DNA of 28,831 nucleotides from Candidatus Zixiibacteriota bacterium. Its GTDB lineage: Bacteria > Zixibacteria > MSB-5A5 > GN15 > JAAZOE01. The notes beneath the pieces are model-generated. The model made no database searches and was not told the DNA's origin. It saw only the letters and a program-made list of their open reading frames with translations. Location: the NCBI GenBank assembly GCA_043819555.1, contig JBDREQ010000074.1, positions 1 to 28,831 on the forward strand. Reading direction: 5' to 3'. Position numbers and translations under genes: made by a program. Of the stretch, positions 1-8,440 are shown in pieces (positions within the stretch are counted from its first letter, which is position 1; every line of letters begins with the position of its first letter).

Positions 1-1
1 G

Positions 2-244
2 GGAACGTTAACGGAAATGCTGAAATTTGACAAAAATCTTCAGATTATTATCCTAACTGGTTACGGTTCTATCCAAAAAGGAGTTGAAGCTGTCAAAATG
101 GGGGCAGTGGATTTTTTGGAAAAGCCGGCCGATGTTGATACTCTTACGGAAATGGTTGACGATGCGGAAAAAAGAAGAATGGTTCTTTTTGAGGCCGATT
201 TGGAAAGTAAAATGTCCGATATTATGCGTAAAAAAGGCTGGTAA
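2..244 (+). CDS. Response regulator receiver domain, 5'-truncated by the window edge
   Basis: Frame is open to the window start (GTLTEMLK...). It carries receiver beta4-beta5 motifs IIILTGYGS...AVKMGAVDFLEKP and a short helical tail with no output domain. Confidence 0.85.
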   Translation, partial: GTLTEMLKFDKNLQIIILTGYGSIQKGVEAVKMGAVDFLEKPADVDTLTEMVDDAEKRRMVLFEADLESKMSDIMRKKGW

Positions 245-438
245 AAATATTTTGAATAGTTGAGGGTGAATTATCTTATTAACCTACCTGATTCAGAAAA
301 GTCCAGTAGTTCCATATCTGATATGAAATTTGAATATTCGTGCATTCAAATCGATAACTTATGATTTCCAATTTTTGCTCCACTTTGTACACAGCCAAGC
401 CGGATATGCGATATCTTCCGATGCGTAAAAAACTATGC

Positions 439-1821
439 CTAATTAGTTTCTTTTCTTTGACCCTCCTTTGGTTCTATATTAGATTCCGTGATTGTACTAC
501 TATCTTTGCGCAATAATGATAGTTTTAAAAATGGCGGAGTAACTAGAGTTGTCACAATAACCATTATCACGATCGCGGAAAACGTCCCACCTGAAATAAT
601 CGGATGACCGTCAAGAAATAATTTGGCTCCAATTCCGGCAAATATGAGTCCAACCTCTCCTCGGGGGATCATTCCCAGACCAATGGCAATACGGTTAATA
701 CGCCTGTCGAAAATGGCCAATGAACAAGCCTGTTTACCAATAATAGCGGCGACTGTCATTGTACCGGCAAAAAATAGAATATCCATCTGAACAAAGGTAT
801 CGAGCTGTACCATCATCCCCATCCTGACAAAGAAAATGGGAACTAAAAAGATGGCAATTGGCTTAATCATTTCCTCCAGAGAATCGCCAGCCCAAGCGTT
901 ATATTCAGAATAATGTACTTTTTCAAGAATCAATCCGGCCGCAAAGGCCCCCACGATAGGGGCAAGGCCGATCATGTCGGCCAAATAGGCAAAGACAAAA
1001 CAGGTCAATAATGCGATTGAGAGGAGGATGCCTTTGACTCGCATATGCGATCCGACTCGGAAGAATATCGGGGAGAGCAGATTACCAATTAAGAGCGCCC
1101 CGATTACAAATCCGACGGCTTTAATGACAATCATAAAGACGCTGCCCGAACTCAGTCCACCGCCGCCGGCTGCAGCGCCAATAATTCCGGCTACTATGGC
1201 CAAAATGACCAAACCCATAATATCATCAATAACAGCCGCCCCAAGTATAATTTTGGCTTCTTTGGTATTGCTGCGCCCTATATCTTGCAGGACTCGAGCC
1301 GTAATCCCGACAGAAGTGGCAGTCAGGGTAGCTCCGATGAAAACATGAACATAGATAGACTCTTCAGGCAAAAACCAGGCCCCTACGCCCCATCCCAGGA
1401 AAAAGGGTGCAATTACCCCAAAGCTCGCCACCATAAAAGAAACTACGCCGACTTTCATCATTTCGCCAATAGTCGATTCCAGTCCAACTTCGAAAAGAAG
1501 AATGATTACTCCTATTTCAGCCAAAATTTCAAGAGTTGCCGAGTGTTTAAATGGCTCGAAAATATCAATCCCCATTAATCCCAGATTCCCAATAATCATG
1601 CCCAGAATTAATTCGCCCAATACGGCAGGTTGCTTGAACCTCTCAAACAAATCGCCGCCGATTTTGGCCGCCAGAAGGATGATTATCAAGCCCAGCAGGA
1701 CGCTGGAAACCTCGGAAGAGCCGTGCCCTTCTTCTCCTGAAGCAAAGGAATAACTGGCCCATAAACCCGCGATTATGGTGGCAAAAATCATGAAGCGTTT
1801 ACTGGTCAATATTCGTGCCAT
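439..1821 (-). CDS. Cation:proton antiporter, CPA2 (NapA/KefB-like) family
   Basis: About 13 hydrophobic segments. Motifs QPAVLGEL, LAEIGVIILLFEVGLES, TATSVGITARVL, AAVIDDI, GLGMIPRGEVGLI. GGAGG RBS upstream. Confidence 0.92.
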   Translation of the reverse strand: MARILTSKRFMIFATIIAGLWASYSFASGEEGHGSSEVSSVLLGLIIILLAAKIGGDLFERFKQPAVLGELILGMIIGNLGLMGIDIFEPFKHSATLEILAEIGVIILLFEVGLESTIGEMMKVGVVSFMVASFGVIAPFFLGWGVGAWFLPEESIYVHVFIGATLTATSVGITARVLQDIGRSNTKEAKIILGAAVIDDIMGLVILAIVAGIIGAAAGGGGLSSGSVFMIVIKAVGFVIGALLIGNLLSPIFFRVGSHMRVKGILLSIALLTCFVFAYLADMIGLAPIVGAFAAGLILEKVHYSEYNAWAGDSLEEMIKPIAIFLVPIFFVRMGMMVQLDTFVQMDILFFAGTMTVAAIIGKQACSLAIFDRRINRIAIGLGMIPRGEVGLIFAGIGAKLFLDGHPIISGGTFSAIVIMVIVTTLVTPPFLKLSLLRKDSSTITESNIEPKEGQRKETN

Positions 1822-1939
1822 TGTCCCTCCAGACTAATACCCAAAAAAGAATGAAAGATAGGACAATTAAAAATTTTTGACAATTAATTTCTTCCTTAAT
1901 TTGCATTGGATTAAAAGAAATCGATTCACCTGCATAATA

Positions 1940-1955
1940 TTCAAAGCACTTGCCA
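1940..1955 (-). promoter_or_regulatory. Possible sigma54 (-24/-12) promoter for the antiporter
   Basis: Minus strand TGGCAAGTGCTTTGAA. The GG at -24 is correctly spaced, but -12 is GA rather than GC. Lies about 120 bp upstream of the start codon. Confidence 0.35.
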
Positions 1956-2141
1956 TTGGCTTATGTTTCCCTTAGACATTTTATTGGAAGTGTTTTTATT
2001 TGATTATTCCACCAGGAGAATGGACTGTGATATCCAACATTAGCAGGTTTGGAACGTATTTTATTATGGATCATTAATAAGGGCTTTTACATTTTAAATG
2101 ACTGAATAGCAAAGTTAAAAATATATCCAAAGGGGTTTAAT

Positions 2142-2597
2142 ATGTCTTCAAGCGTAAAAGAAATTGAGTACTACTACTCACTGGTCGCCGATAAGCCGGG
2201 TGAGGCAAGAAAACTATTGGAATTCTTGAGTGAGCGAAAAGTAAACCTACTCGCCTTGACAGCTTTTCCGGTTGGCAAGGGTCAAAGCCAGATTGATTTT
2301 ATCCCGGACAATCCGGAGATACTCAAGAATGCGGCGGATGATGCACAAATTCCATTGATTGGCCCCAAGAAAGCATTTCTTATTCAGGGCGAAGATCAAA
2401 TTGGAGCGCTATATGATTATCATCTCAAATTATCGAACGCAGGCATAAATATTCATGCGTCCAATGGCGCGGTAGACGGAACTGGTCGATTTGGATACGT
2501 CATCTGGGTTAAGCCCGCCGATTATGAAAAAGCCGCAGAGGCCTTAAAAAGCACCGACTGGAGGACAATTCAACCAAGCCCTCCCGGAGCCAAGTAA
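2142..2597 (+). CDS. Tandem ACT-domain protein
   Basis: Two ACT-like repeats: VADKPGEARKLLEFLSERKVNL and GEDQIGALYDYHLKLSNAGINI. AGGGG RBS. Confidence 0.75.
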   Translation: MSSSVKEIEYYYSLVADKPGEARKLLEFLSERKVNLLALTAFPVGKGQSQIDFIPDNPEILKNAADDAQIPLIGPKKAFLIQGEDQIGALYDYHLKLSNAGINIHASNGAVDGTGRFGYVIWVKPADYEKAAEALKSTDWRTIQPSPPGAK

Positions 2598-2712
2598 TTT
2601 GGTAGTTTTAATATTCAGTCCAATCAGCTTGATGGCTTAAATAAACTCAATTTCCGGCATCAGGATTTTTATCTGGCATTCCTGCTTTTATGGCAACGAT
2701 AATTGTTTTCGC

Positions 2713-3165
2713 TCAGCTGCCAATCAATTCTCGAACCTTTGCCATGACCAGTTCCGGATCAATCGGCTTATCGATGAACATATCCGGCTTAACCAGTCCT
2801 TCTTCCTTCATCTCTTTTATAGCCTGGCGCATCTTTTCTCGGAGTACGTCGTAAGGTCTCTCATGGGTGTCGCCGCTTTGAGAATCGAGATCTTCCAAAA
2901 CCTCGGCGACTCCGGTCAGCATTATGATGGGTAAATCTTTAAATTCCTCTTCACGGCGGAGTTGTTTGAAAAGCACGAATCCGGTTTTTTTGGGCATCAT
3001 GACGTCAAGGAGAACTAAATCAGGCTTCTCACTCATCACCTTTTCCAGTCCTTCCTTACCATTTTCAGCCTGAATAGGCAAATATCCGTTTTCTTCCAGT
3101 GCAGCCGAAAGAAACTTCCGGGTGTTTGCATCGTCGTCAACTACTAATACTTTTTTGGCCATCAT
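2713..3165 (-). CDS. Single-domain response regulator (receiver only) with an internal insertion
   Basis: KVLVVDDD, PDLVLLDVMMP (phospho-Asp), IIMLTG, FIDKP. Start overlaps the kinase stop codon (TAATG). Confidence 0.92.
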   Translation of the reverse strand: MMAKKVLVVDDDANTRKFLSAALEENGYLPIQAENGKEGLEKVMSEKPDLVLLDVMMPKKTGFVLFKQLRREEEFKDLPIIMLTGVAEVLEDLDSQSGDTHERPYDVLREKMRQAIKEMKEEGLVKPDMFIDKPIDPELVMAKVRELIGS

Positions 3166-4640
3166 TAGATCTCCTTGTTTCTAACGGTTGTATCCAGTGG
3201 CAACACAATTCGGAAAATCGTGCCTTTATTCGGATTTGTTTCAACATCGATTTTCCCGCCGTGAACATTTATCATTCTTGACGTTATTGACAGTCCCAGC
3301 CCTGTACCAGATTTACTCTTAGTACTGAAAAAAGGGCTGAAAATATTTTCTTTGACATCGGGTGTCATGCCACAGCCGTTATCCCTGACTTCAATGATTA
3401 AATCTTCATCATTACTGTTCAAATAAGCGGTGACATTGATTGCAGGCAGTTCTTTCTCCGCATATTCTTTCCACATACAGGCATCAATCGCATTGGAAAC
3501 AATGTCCATGACGCAGGAATGAACCATGCGCGAGTCGCATAAAATTGACGGCAAGGGTTTGGGGAAATCGAGTTCTAATGCAATACCCTTGTCTTTGGCA
3601 GTCTGCGTAATCACATTTATGATATCAGACAGGATTTTCTCAAGATCTGTTATTTCTAATCGCGGTTTCCATTCTTTGACATACTTAAGCATGTCTTTTG
3701 ACATAGCGGTAAGGCGTGTAATGCCTTCCTGAACCATTTCCCAGCCTTCCTCCAGCATCTTTTTATTGTCTTTTGCCAATCCGGTTCTGACCATGTACGC
3801 TCCGCCCTGGCAGGCATTAAGCATATTTTTCATAGAGTGCTGAATTCCGGTAAAAACCTGACCAATGGCGGCAAACCGCTGCGATTGCAGCAGTTGTTCC
3901 TGAAGTCGCTTTTCGCGCGTTATATCTTTGCAAAATGCGATCGTTCCGATAATTGCCCCGGTTGAGTTACGAAGTTGTGAAAGTGTGAATAATATATCTC
4001 GGAATTTTCCATCTTTTGTCAAAAACTGGGTTTCATAGTTGACGACATTATCGGAATGCTGGAGCCGCTCAGCGGCAATCCGCCGGTCATTTGGATTGGC
4101 CAGTAAAACATCGATTGATTTTCCAATGACGTCGCGACGGCGATAACCCAGCATATTTGTTACGCCCATGTTGATGGTTCGAATCTTACCCGAGGGATTT
4201 ACAGTTATAATGATATCAGCCGAACTTTCCAATATGCCTCGCAGATAATCCCTGCTTTTTTCAAGTTCGGTCAGGGACGAAGAGAGCAATTCGGCCATGT
4301 CATTAAAAGATGAAGCCAATGAACCATATTGTTCGTAACTATCCTCTTCAAGACGAAAACTAAACTTCTTGTCGGCCAATTTATTCATGCCGTTGGCCAG
4401 ACCCCTCATTGGTTTTTTAATGAACTGATATACCAATATATAATTTACACCAATGCCCAAACATATAGTAATTATTATAATAATGACCAGAATGCCATCG
4501 GTACTATCCGAGACAGACGGTTCATCGCTCCTATTTAAAAAATCATTAGCATATAAAAGCGCAATGAGAAATAACAATATTATGATATTGACAGCGGCGC
4601 TTAGTATCCAGAAATTTTTAATCCGTCTCAACATAATCAA
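3165..4640 (-). CDS. Sensor histidine kinase (2 TM, HAMP, PAS, HisKA, HATPase)
   Basis: Two N-terminal TM helices; HAMP (KPMRGLANGM...LASSFNDMA); PAS (ILESSADIIITVNPSGKI...DIT); H-box IQHSMKN; N-box VSNAIDA; G1 DNGCGM; F-box IFSPFFSTK; G2 GTGLGL. Confidence 0.93.
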   Translation of the reverse strand: MIMLRRIKNFWILSAAVNIIILLFLIALLYANDFLNRSDEPSVSDSTDGILVIIIIITICLGIGVNYILVYQFIKKPMRGLANGMNKLADKKFSFRLEEDSYEQYGSLASSFNDMAELLSSSLTELEKSRDYLRGILESSADIIITVNPSGKIRTINMGVTNMLGYRRRDVIGKSIDVLLANPNDRRIAAERLQHSDNVVNYETQFLTKDGKFRDILFTLSQLRNSTGAIIGTIAFCKDITREKRLQEQLLQSQRFAAIGQVFTGIQHSMKNMLNACQGGAYMVRTGLAKDNKKMLEEGWEMVQEGITRLTAMSKDMLKYVKEWKPRLEITDLEKILSDIINVITQTAKDKGIALELDFPKPLPSILCDSRMVHSCVMDIVSNAIDACMWKEYAEKELPAINVTAYLNSNDEDLIIEVRDNGCGMTPDVKENIFSPFFSTKSKSGTGLGLSITSRMINVHGGKIDVETNPNKGTIFRIVLPLDTTVRNKEI

Positions 4641-4686
4641 TCGACCTTTTTACAGGATAGATCGTGATATAATTGCCGTGTCTAAT

Positions 4687-5892
4687 TCACTTTTTTGTCG
4701 TGGCCGGAGCAGTGGGTTGTAATAATCTTGCCTCGGTTGGCAAAAGTTTCAAGTACTTCAGTCCCCAGCCAAATAAAAATCCGATGGCACCCAGTACCCC
4801 AATCGCCTGAAACAGTTCAAGCATGCTTACTCTGTATGACGCGATTCCTTCTTCAATGACCGACTGAGTGATGCGCATCCCGGGAAATAATTCCGGGGGA
4901 TGAGTCAATCCGGGTAAAACAATCACGTAACGTTCGCACAGGACCCCGAAAATGACAAGACATGATGCGATAACAATCCATTTGACCGATTTACCCAATT
5001 TTCGATTGAAGAGAATAATCATCGGAATCACGCATCCGATGAAAATCAATCCAACCCAAAATAATATGCTGTGAAATCCTCCAAAGAGATAATACTTGGC
5101 AGCATCCCGCAGCTCAACGACGTATGCGCGATAAGCGTTTTCGACAAAAAGAAAATAAACCACGACCAAAATGCAGATTGCCAGAAAACGTCCCAGCCAT
5201 ATGATCAATCCATCATCCACATGCCGTTTGGTAAACTTAAATAGCCCAACGATTAATATGATCATCAAGGCTGTCCCGGAAGCCATCGCGGCGGCCACAA
5301 AACTGGCCGGGAGGAGAGGCGACTCATATAAAACCCGGGCTCCGAACCCGAAAATTGCCCCGGTGCCGCTATGAACGCAGAAGGCCCATCCAAATGCGGT
5401 TGTGGCGACAATCGTCGTCAGTTTTTTCTTTTCGGTGAACAGGGCCCAGAGATAGATAACACAAATCAGAATATGGCCAATGTACAAGATCGGATTGATA
5501 GAGAACATCGATTGCAGGTTAAAATAAACAAATGGTTCGACGAAAACGCGATCCATCCTGCCCTGGTCGGTGAGAATTGACAACAGGCCAGCGATGAGAA
5601 AGAGCATGGCAACGTAAACGGCGATTCGAGCGAATGGTTTGTATTCCTGTTTTCCAAAAACACCGTAGAGACCGGATATTACCAGTGAACCGGCCGATAA
5701 TCCAATATAATAGACGGCCATGACAATCTGCAGCCCCCAGGGAACACGGTTTGTCATTCCCGTTACCCAAATTCCTTTTTCAATGACATACCATGTTGCG
5801 ACCATCCCCACGATAGCCATAGCCGCCAAAATCATCATTGAAATACGGTAGTGAGTCGAATCCCCTGTTATATGTTCGAATTTTATATCCAT
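4687..5892 (-). CDS. dsrP: DsrP-like NrfD/PsrC-family integral membrane protein
   Basis: About 10 TM segments. NrfD-family motifs TGMTNRVPWGL, DQGRMDR and GVLCERYVIV. Directly follows dsrJ-dsrO. Probable start is the ATG at 5892 (GAGGT RBS 5 nt upstream); the ORF track starts at GTG 5904. Confidence 0.82.
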   Translation of the reverse strand: MDIKFEHITGDSTHYRISMMILAAMAIVGMVATWYVIEKGIWVTGMTNRVPWGLQIVMAVYYIGLSAGSLVISGLYGVFGKQEYKPFARIAVYVAMLFLIAGLLSILTDQGRMDRVFVEPFVYFNLQSMFSINPILYIGHILICVIYLWALFTEKKKLTTIVATTAFGWAFCVHSGTGAIFGFGARVLYESPLLPASFVAAAMASGTALMIILIVGLFKFTKRHVDDGLIIWLGRFLAICILVVVYFLFVENAYRAYVVELRDAAKYYLFGGFHSILFWVGLIFIGCVIPMIILFNRKLGKSVKWIVIASCLVIFGVLCERYVIVLPGLTHPPELFPGMRITQSVIEEGIASYRVSMLELFQAIGVLGAIGFLFGWGLKYLKLLPTEARLLQPTAPATTKK

Positions 5893-5914
5893 GTCATACC
5901 TCACCTAATTGGAA

Positions 5915-6652
5915 TCATAATCCGATATAATATACTTTTGGCTCGGTGCCCAAATCCTCCCTGATTCTCTTCACGGCCCGGGTCGTGGTAATCCTGGATA
6001 TATTGCTTTCAGGATCATTCAAATCGCCCACGATGATGGCTCCCGCGCCGGTATTGGCACAAGCTTCGACGCAGGCCGGCAATCTTCCGGTATCCAATCG
6101 ATGAGCGCACAAGGTGCACGCCTCAGCTACCCCGTGCGATCTTTTGGGGCGTTCCTGATTGGGCCAACTTTCATCATCTTTAAAGTTGAACATCCGGGCG
6201 TTATACGGGCAGGCAATCATGCAATAGCGGCATCCAATACAGCGATGATGATCGACGATAACGATGCCGTCGTCGCGTTTATATGTTGCCCGCACTGGGC
6301 AGACCTGGGCGCAGGGAGGTTTCTCGCAGTGATTGCACAAAAGGATGACCTGTTTTTCAATTGTCTTAGAGCCAATCTCGGCTTCAACATTTACTTTTCT
6401 AATCCAGTGATTATCCCAGCGTTTATCGGCATGAAACGAAACGTTATTTTCCTGTCGGCAAGCATCGACGCAGGCGGTACAATCAGGGCGACATTTATTG
6501 ATGTCAATAACCATGCCCCATTTTTTGACGCCCGGACCGGTTTCCACGTCGGCACTGGCAACTGAGGACGCCAGAAACCGAAAGGCATAGGCGCACGATG
6601 TCCCGACCAAAAACGTTCCGCCAGTAATTTTCAAAAAATCTCTTCTATCCAT
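5915..6652 (-). CDS. dsrO: DsrO-like Tat-exported [4Fe-4S] protein (NrfC/DmsB family)
   Basis: Twin-arginine signal MDRRDFLK. Cys motifs WGMVIDINKCRPDCTACVDAC, CNHCEKPPCAQVCP, CIGCRYCMIACP and CTLC...PACVEAC. C-terminus LGTEPKVYYIGL. Confidence 0.88.
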   Translation of the reverse strand: MDRRDFLKITGGTFLVGTSCAYAFRFLASSVASADVETGPGVKKWGMVIDINKCRPDCTACVDACRQENNVSFHADKRWDNHWIRKVNVEAEIGSKTIEKQVILLCNHCEKPPCAQVCPVRATYKRDDGIVIVDHHRCIGCRYCMIACPYNARMFNFKDDESWPNQERPKRSHGVAEACTLCAHRLDTGRLPACVEACANTGAGAIIVGDLNDPESNISRITTTRAVKRIREDLGTEPKVYYIGL

Positions 6653-6684
6653 TTATCCACCCGCTTTCAAAGCATTACTTCTGT

Positions 6685-7059
6685 TTATGGATAATTATGG
6701 CACCCGAAGCAATCGGGTGTTAGACTTACAGCATTATGACACTTATCACAAAAGCGCTCTCGACTGGTGTGACAATCACGGCATCTGTTCAATTCGATAT
6801 CACCTCTTTTTCCGTATCGCACGATTTCTTCCCGGACAGATCTGAGTAGTTCCCAGTGATGATAGCGCATGTAATCGGTATCCCTGACACATTCTTTATA
6901 TTGTGGATCAGGTCGTTCCAATAAGGGGGGAGGAGGTTCTGTTGCCCGGGCAGCAACAAAAGAAACGAGACTATAAACAAAGGGGATGAGGATAATTATA
7001 ATGGGGATCGCGATTTTTACCAGTGTCGCCTTGTTCTCCAGGATGTTTTTTATGTTCAT
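6685..7059 (-). CDS. dsrJ: DsrJ-like membrane-anchored triheme cytochrome c
   Basis: N-terminal hydrophobic anchor. DsrJ-type ECVxxxxxMRxxHxxLL segment. Three closely spaced CXXCH motifs (CRDCH, CDKCH, CFGCH). Confidence 0.87.
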   Translation of the reverse strand: MNIKNILENKATLVKIAIPIIIILIPFVYSLVSFVAARATEPPPPLLERPDPQYKECVRDTDYMRYHHWELLRSVREEIVRYGKRGDIELNRCRDCHTSRERFCDKCHNAVSLTPDCFGCHNYP

Positions 7060-8378
7060 TGAGTATCACCATCCTTCTGTAACTCTAAAACTATATCCGG
7101 GCTTTCATGATTTTGTTCTTCAGGAATTGAACTTTTATCTGAATTACGGCCGCAATATTCGGCAAAGATCATCGCCGTTGTTCGATAAAAAATATGCGCC
7201 AGTTTTGAATATGGCAGGTAGAATAGTAAGGCAAAGACGAACATCAGATGGATGAAATATGCCATATGGCGATGAGGCTCCAGCCGGACATAATGCAACA
7301 CTTCGGTTACAAATCCGGTGAAAACAACAATTAAAAAGGTAGATATAAGAGCCCAATCAAAATAGTTCCCCACACCTGCCTTGCGGTTAGTTTTTCCCCG
7401 CTGATATATTATTAGAGAAATTCCTGCAAGTATTGCCAAGCCGCCCAGGTTAGCCATTATTTTCCAGGGATTCCAAAAGCCGAAAGGATAAACGAATTGT
7501 CCATGAATCAACGGATTGATCCCGGATGTGATTATCCAGAATGTTACCGCGCAGAGTGCGATAAATCCAAAAAATATTAAAATATGCGCCAGGTATCTCG
7601 ATTTATTGTCCTGACAGGAAGTAAAATTATCATGAGTGATGATTCTTTTTAAAACCGTGACGACACTGGGAAACAACATGTTTTCTGCCGGATAATTATT
7701 TGTCCATCGTGAGGATTTGAGAGTCTTCCAGTAATTCATAACCCCCAGCAATATTGCCAGTAACGCCAGAATGCTGAAGAAAATAAAGAAACTGTTCAAT
7801 AGCCAATGAGGGAAGACGCTGGAATACGAAAATACTATTGTTTCATCAACATCCGGCACAAGGCCGAGGGCATTTTCAATCGGACCTTTTATGAATAGAG
7901 CCAGAGAAAGAAGCAATGCCGGGATGCCGAGCAAAAGGGGAATACAGCTTGCCTGACCCATCCAGCGAGCCAGAAAACGGGGAATAGCGAATTGAGTTAT
8001 CGTTTCCTGGCGAATCGCTCCCAGAACATCGCTTGGCCGCGCGTCGCGCGGGCAACGAACCGAGCAATCATTGCAATTCGAGCATAGCCAAATATCAGGA
8101 TCGGTCAAAAGCTCGTCTTTCATGCCCCAATTGGCCCAGGCCATTTCTTTTCTGGGAAACGGTTCGTCATCGGGGGAGTTTTTGCAGACGGCCGAACAGG
8201 TACCGCACTGAAAACACTTGACAAATGTTTCTCCGGCCCGCTCCCGAATCGACATAATAAAATCCAGATCAGGTTCAATCTTTACCGGCAAAATTGTTTC
8301 GGGGATACAAGAAGTTTGAATATCATTCCTATTTTGATTATTCCCCTGATGTTGCGATATATTTTCATCGAGCTTCAA
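7056..8378 (-). CDS. qmoC: QmoC: HdrC-like 2x[4Fe-4S] domain plus heme b membrane domain
   Basis: IEPDLDFI, KCFQCGTCSAVC, PFPRKEMAWANWG, IWLCSNCNDCSVRCPR. TM region with candidate His ligands (YLAHILIFFGF, YFIHL...LPYSKLAHIFYRT). Probable start is TTG 8378 after GGAGGT; the ORF track starts at 8411. Confidence 0.92.
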   Translation of the reverse strand: MKLDENISQHQGNNQNRNDIQTSCIPETILPVKIEPDLDFIMSIRERAGETFVKCFQCGTCSAVCKNSPDDEPFPRKEMAWANWGMKDELLTDPDIWLCSNCNDCSVRCPRDARPSDVLGAIRQETITQFAIPRFLARWMGQASCIPLLLGIPALLLSLALFIKGPIENALGLVPDVDETIVFSYSSVFPHWLLNSFFIFFSILALLAILLGVMNYWKTLKSSRWTNNYPAENMLFPSVVTVLKRIITHDNFTSCQDNKSRYLAHILIFFGFIALCAVTFWIITSGINPLIHGQFVYPFGFWNPWKIMANLGGLAILAGISLIIYQRGKTNRKAGVGNYFDWALISTFLIVVFTGFVTEVLHYVRLEPHRHMAYFIHLMFVFALLFYLPYSKLAHIFYRTTAMIFAEYCGRNSDKSSIPEEQNHESPDIVLELQKDGDTQ

Positions 8379-8440
8379 TCTAAACCACCTCCAACCCCAT
8401 GAAACTCTCATTTAATTCAAAACAAATTTATCTTTACATC

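Noticed and set aside
4687..7059. Alternative call as an Act, Qrc, Nrf or Hmc complex
   Set aside because: The cytochrome is a small triheme with the DsrJ CV...MR..H pattern, and no molybdopterin-like or multiheme subunit is present, so DsrJOP fits best.
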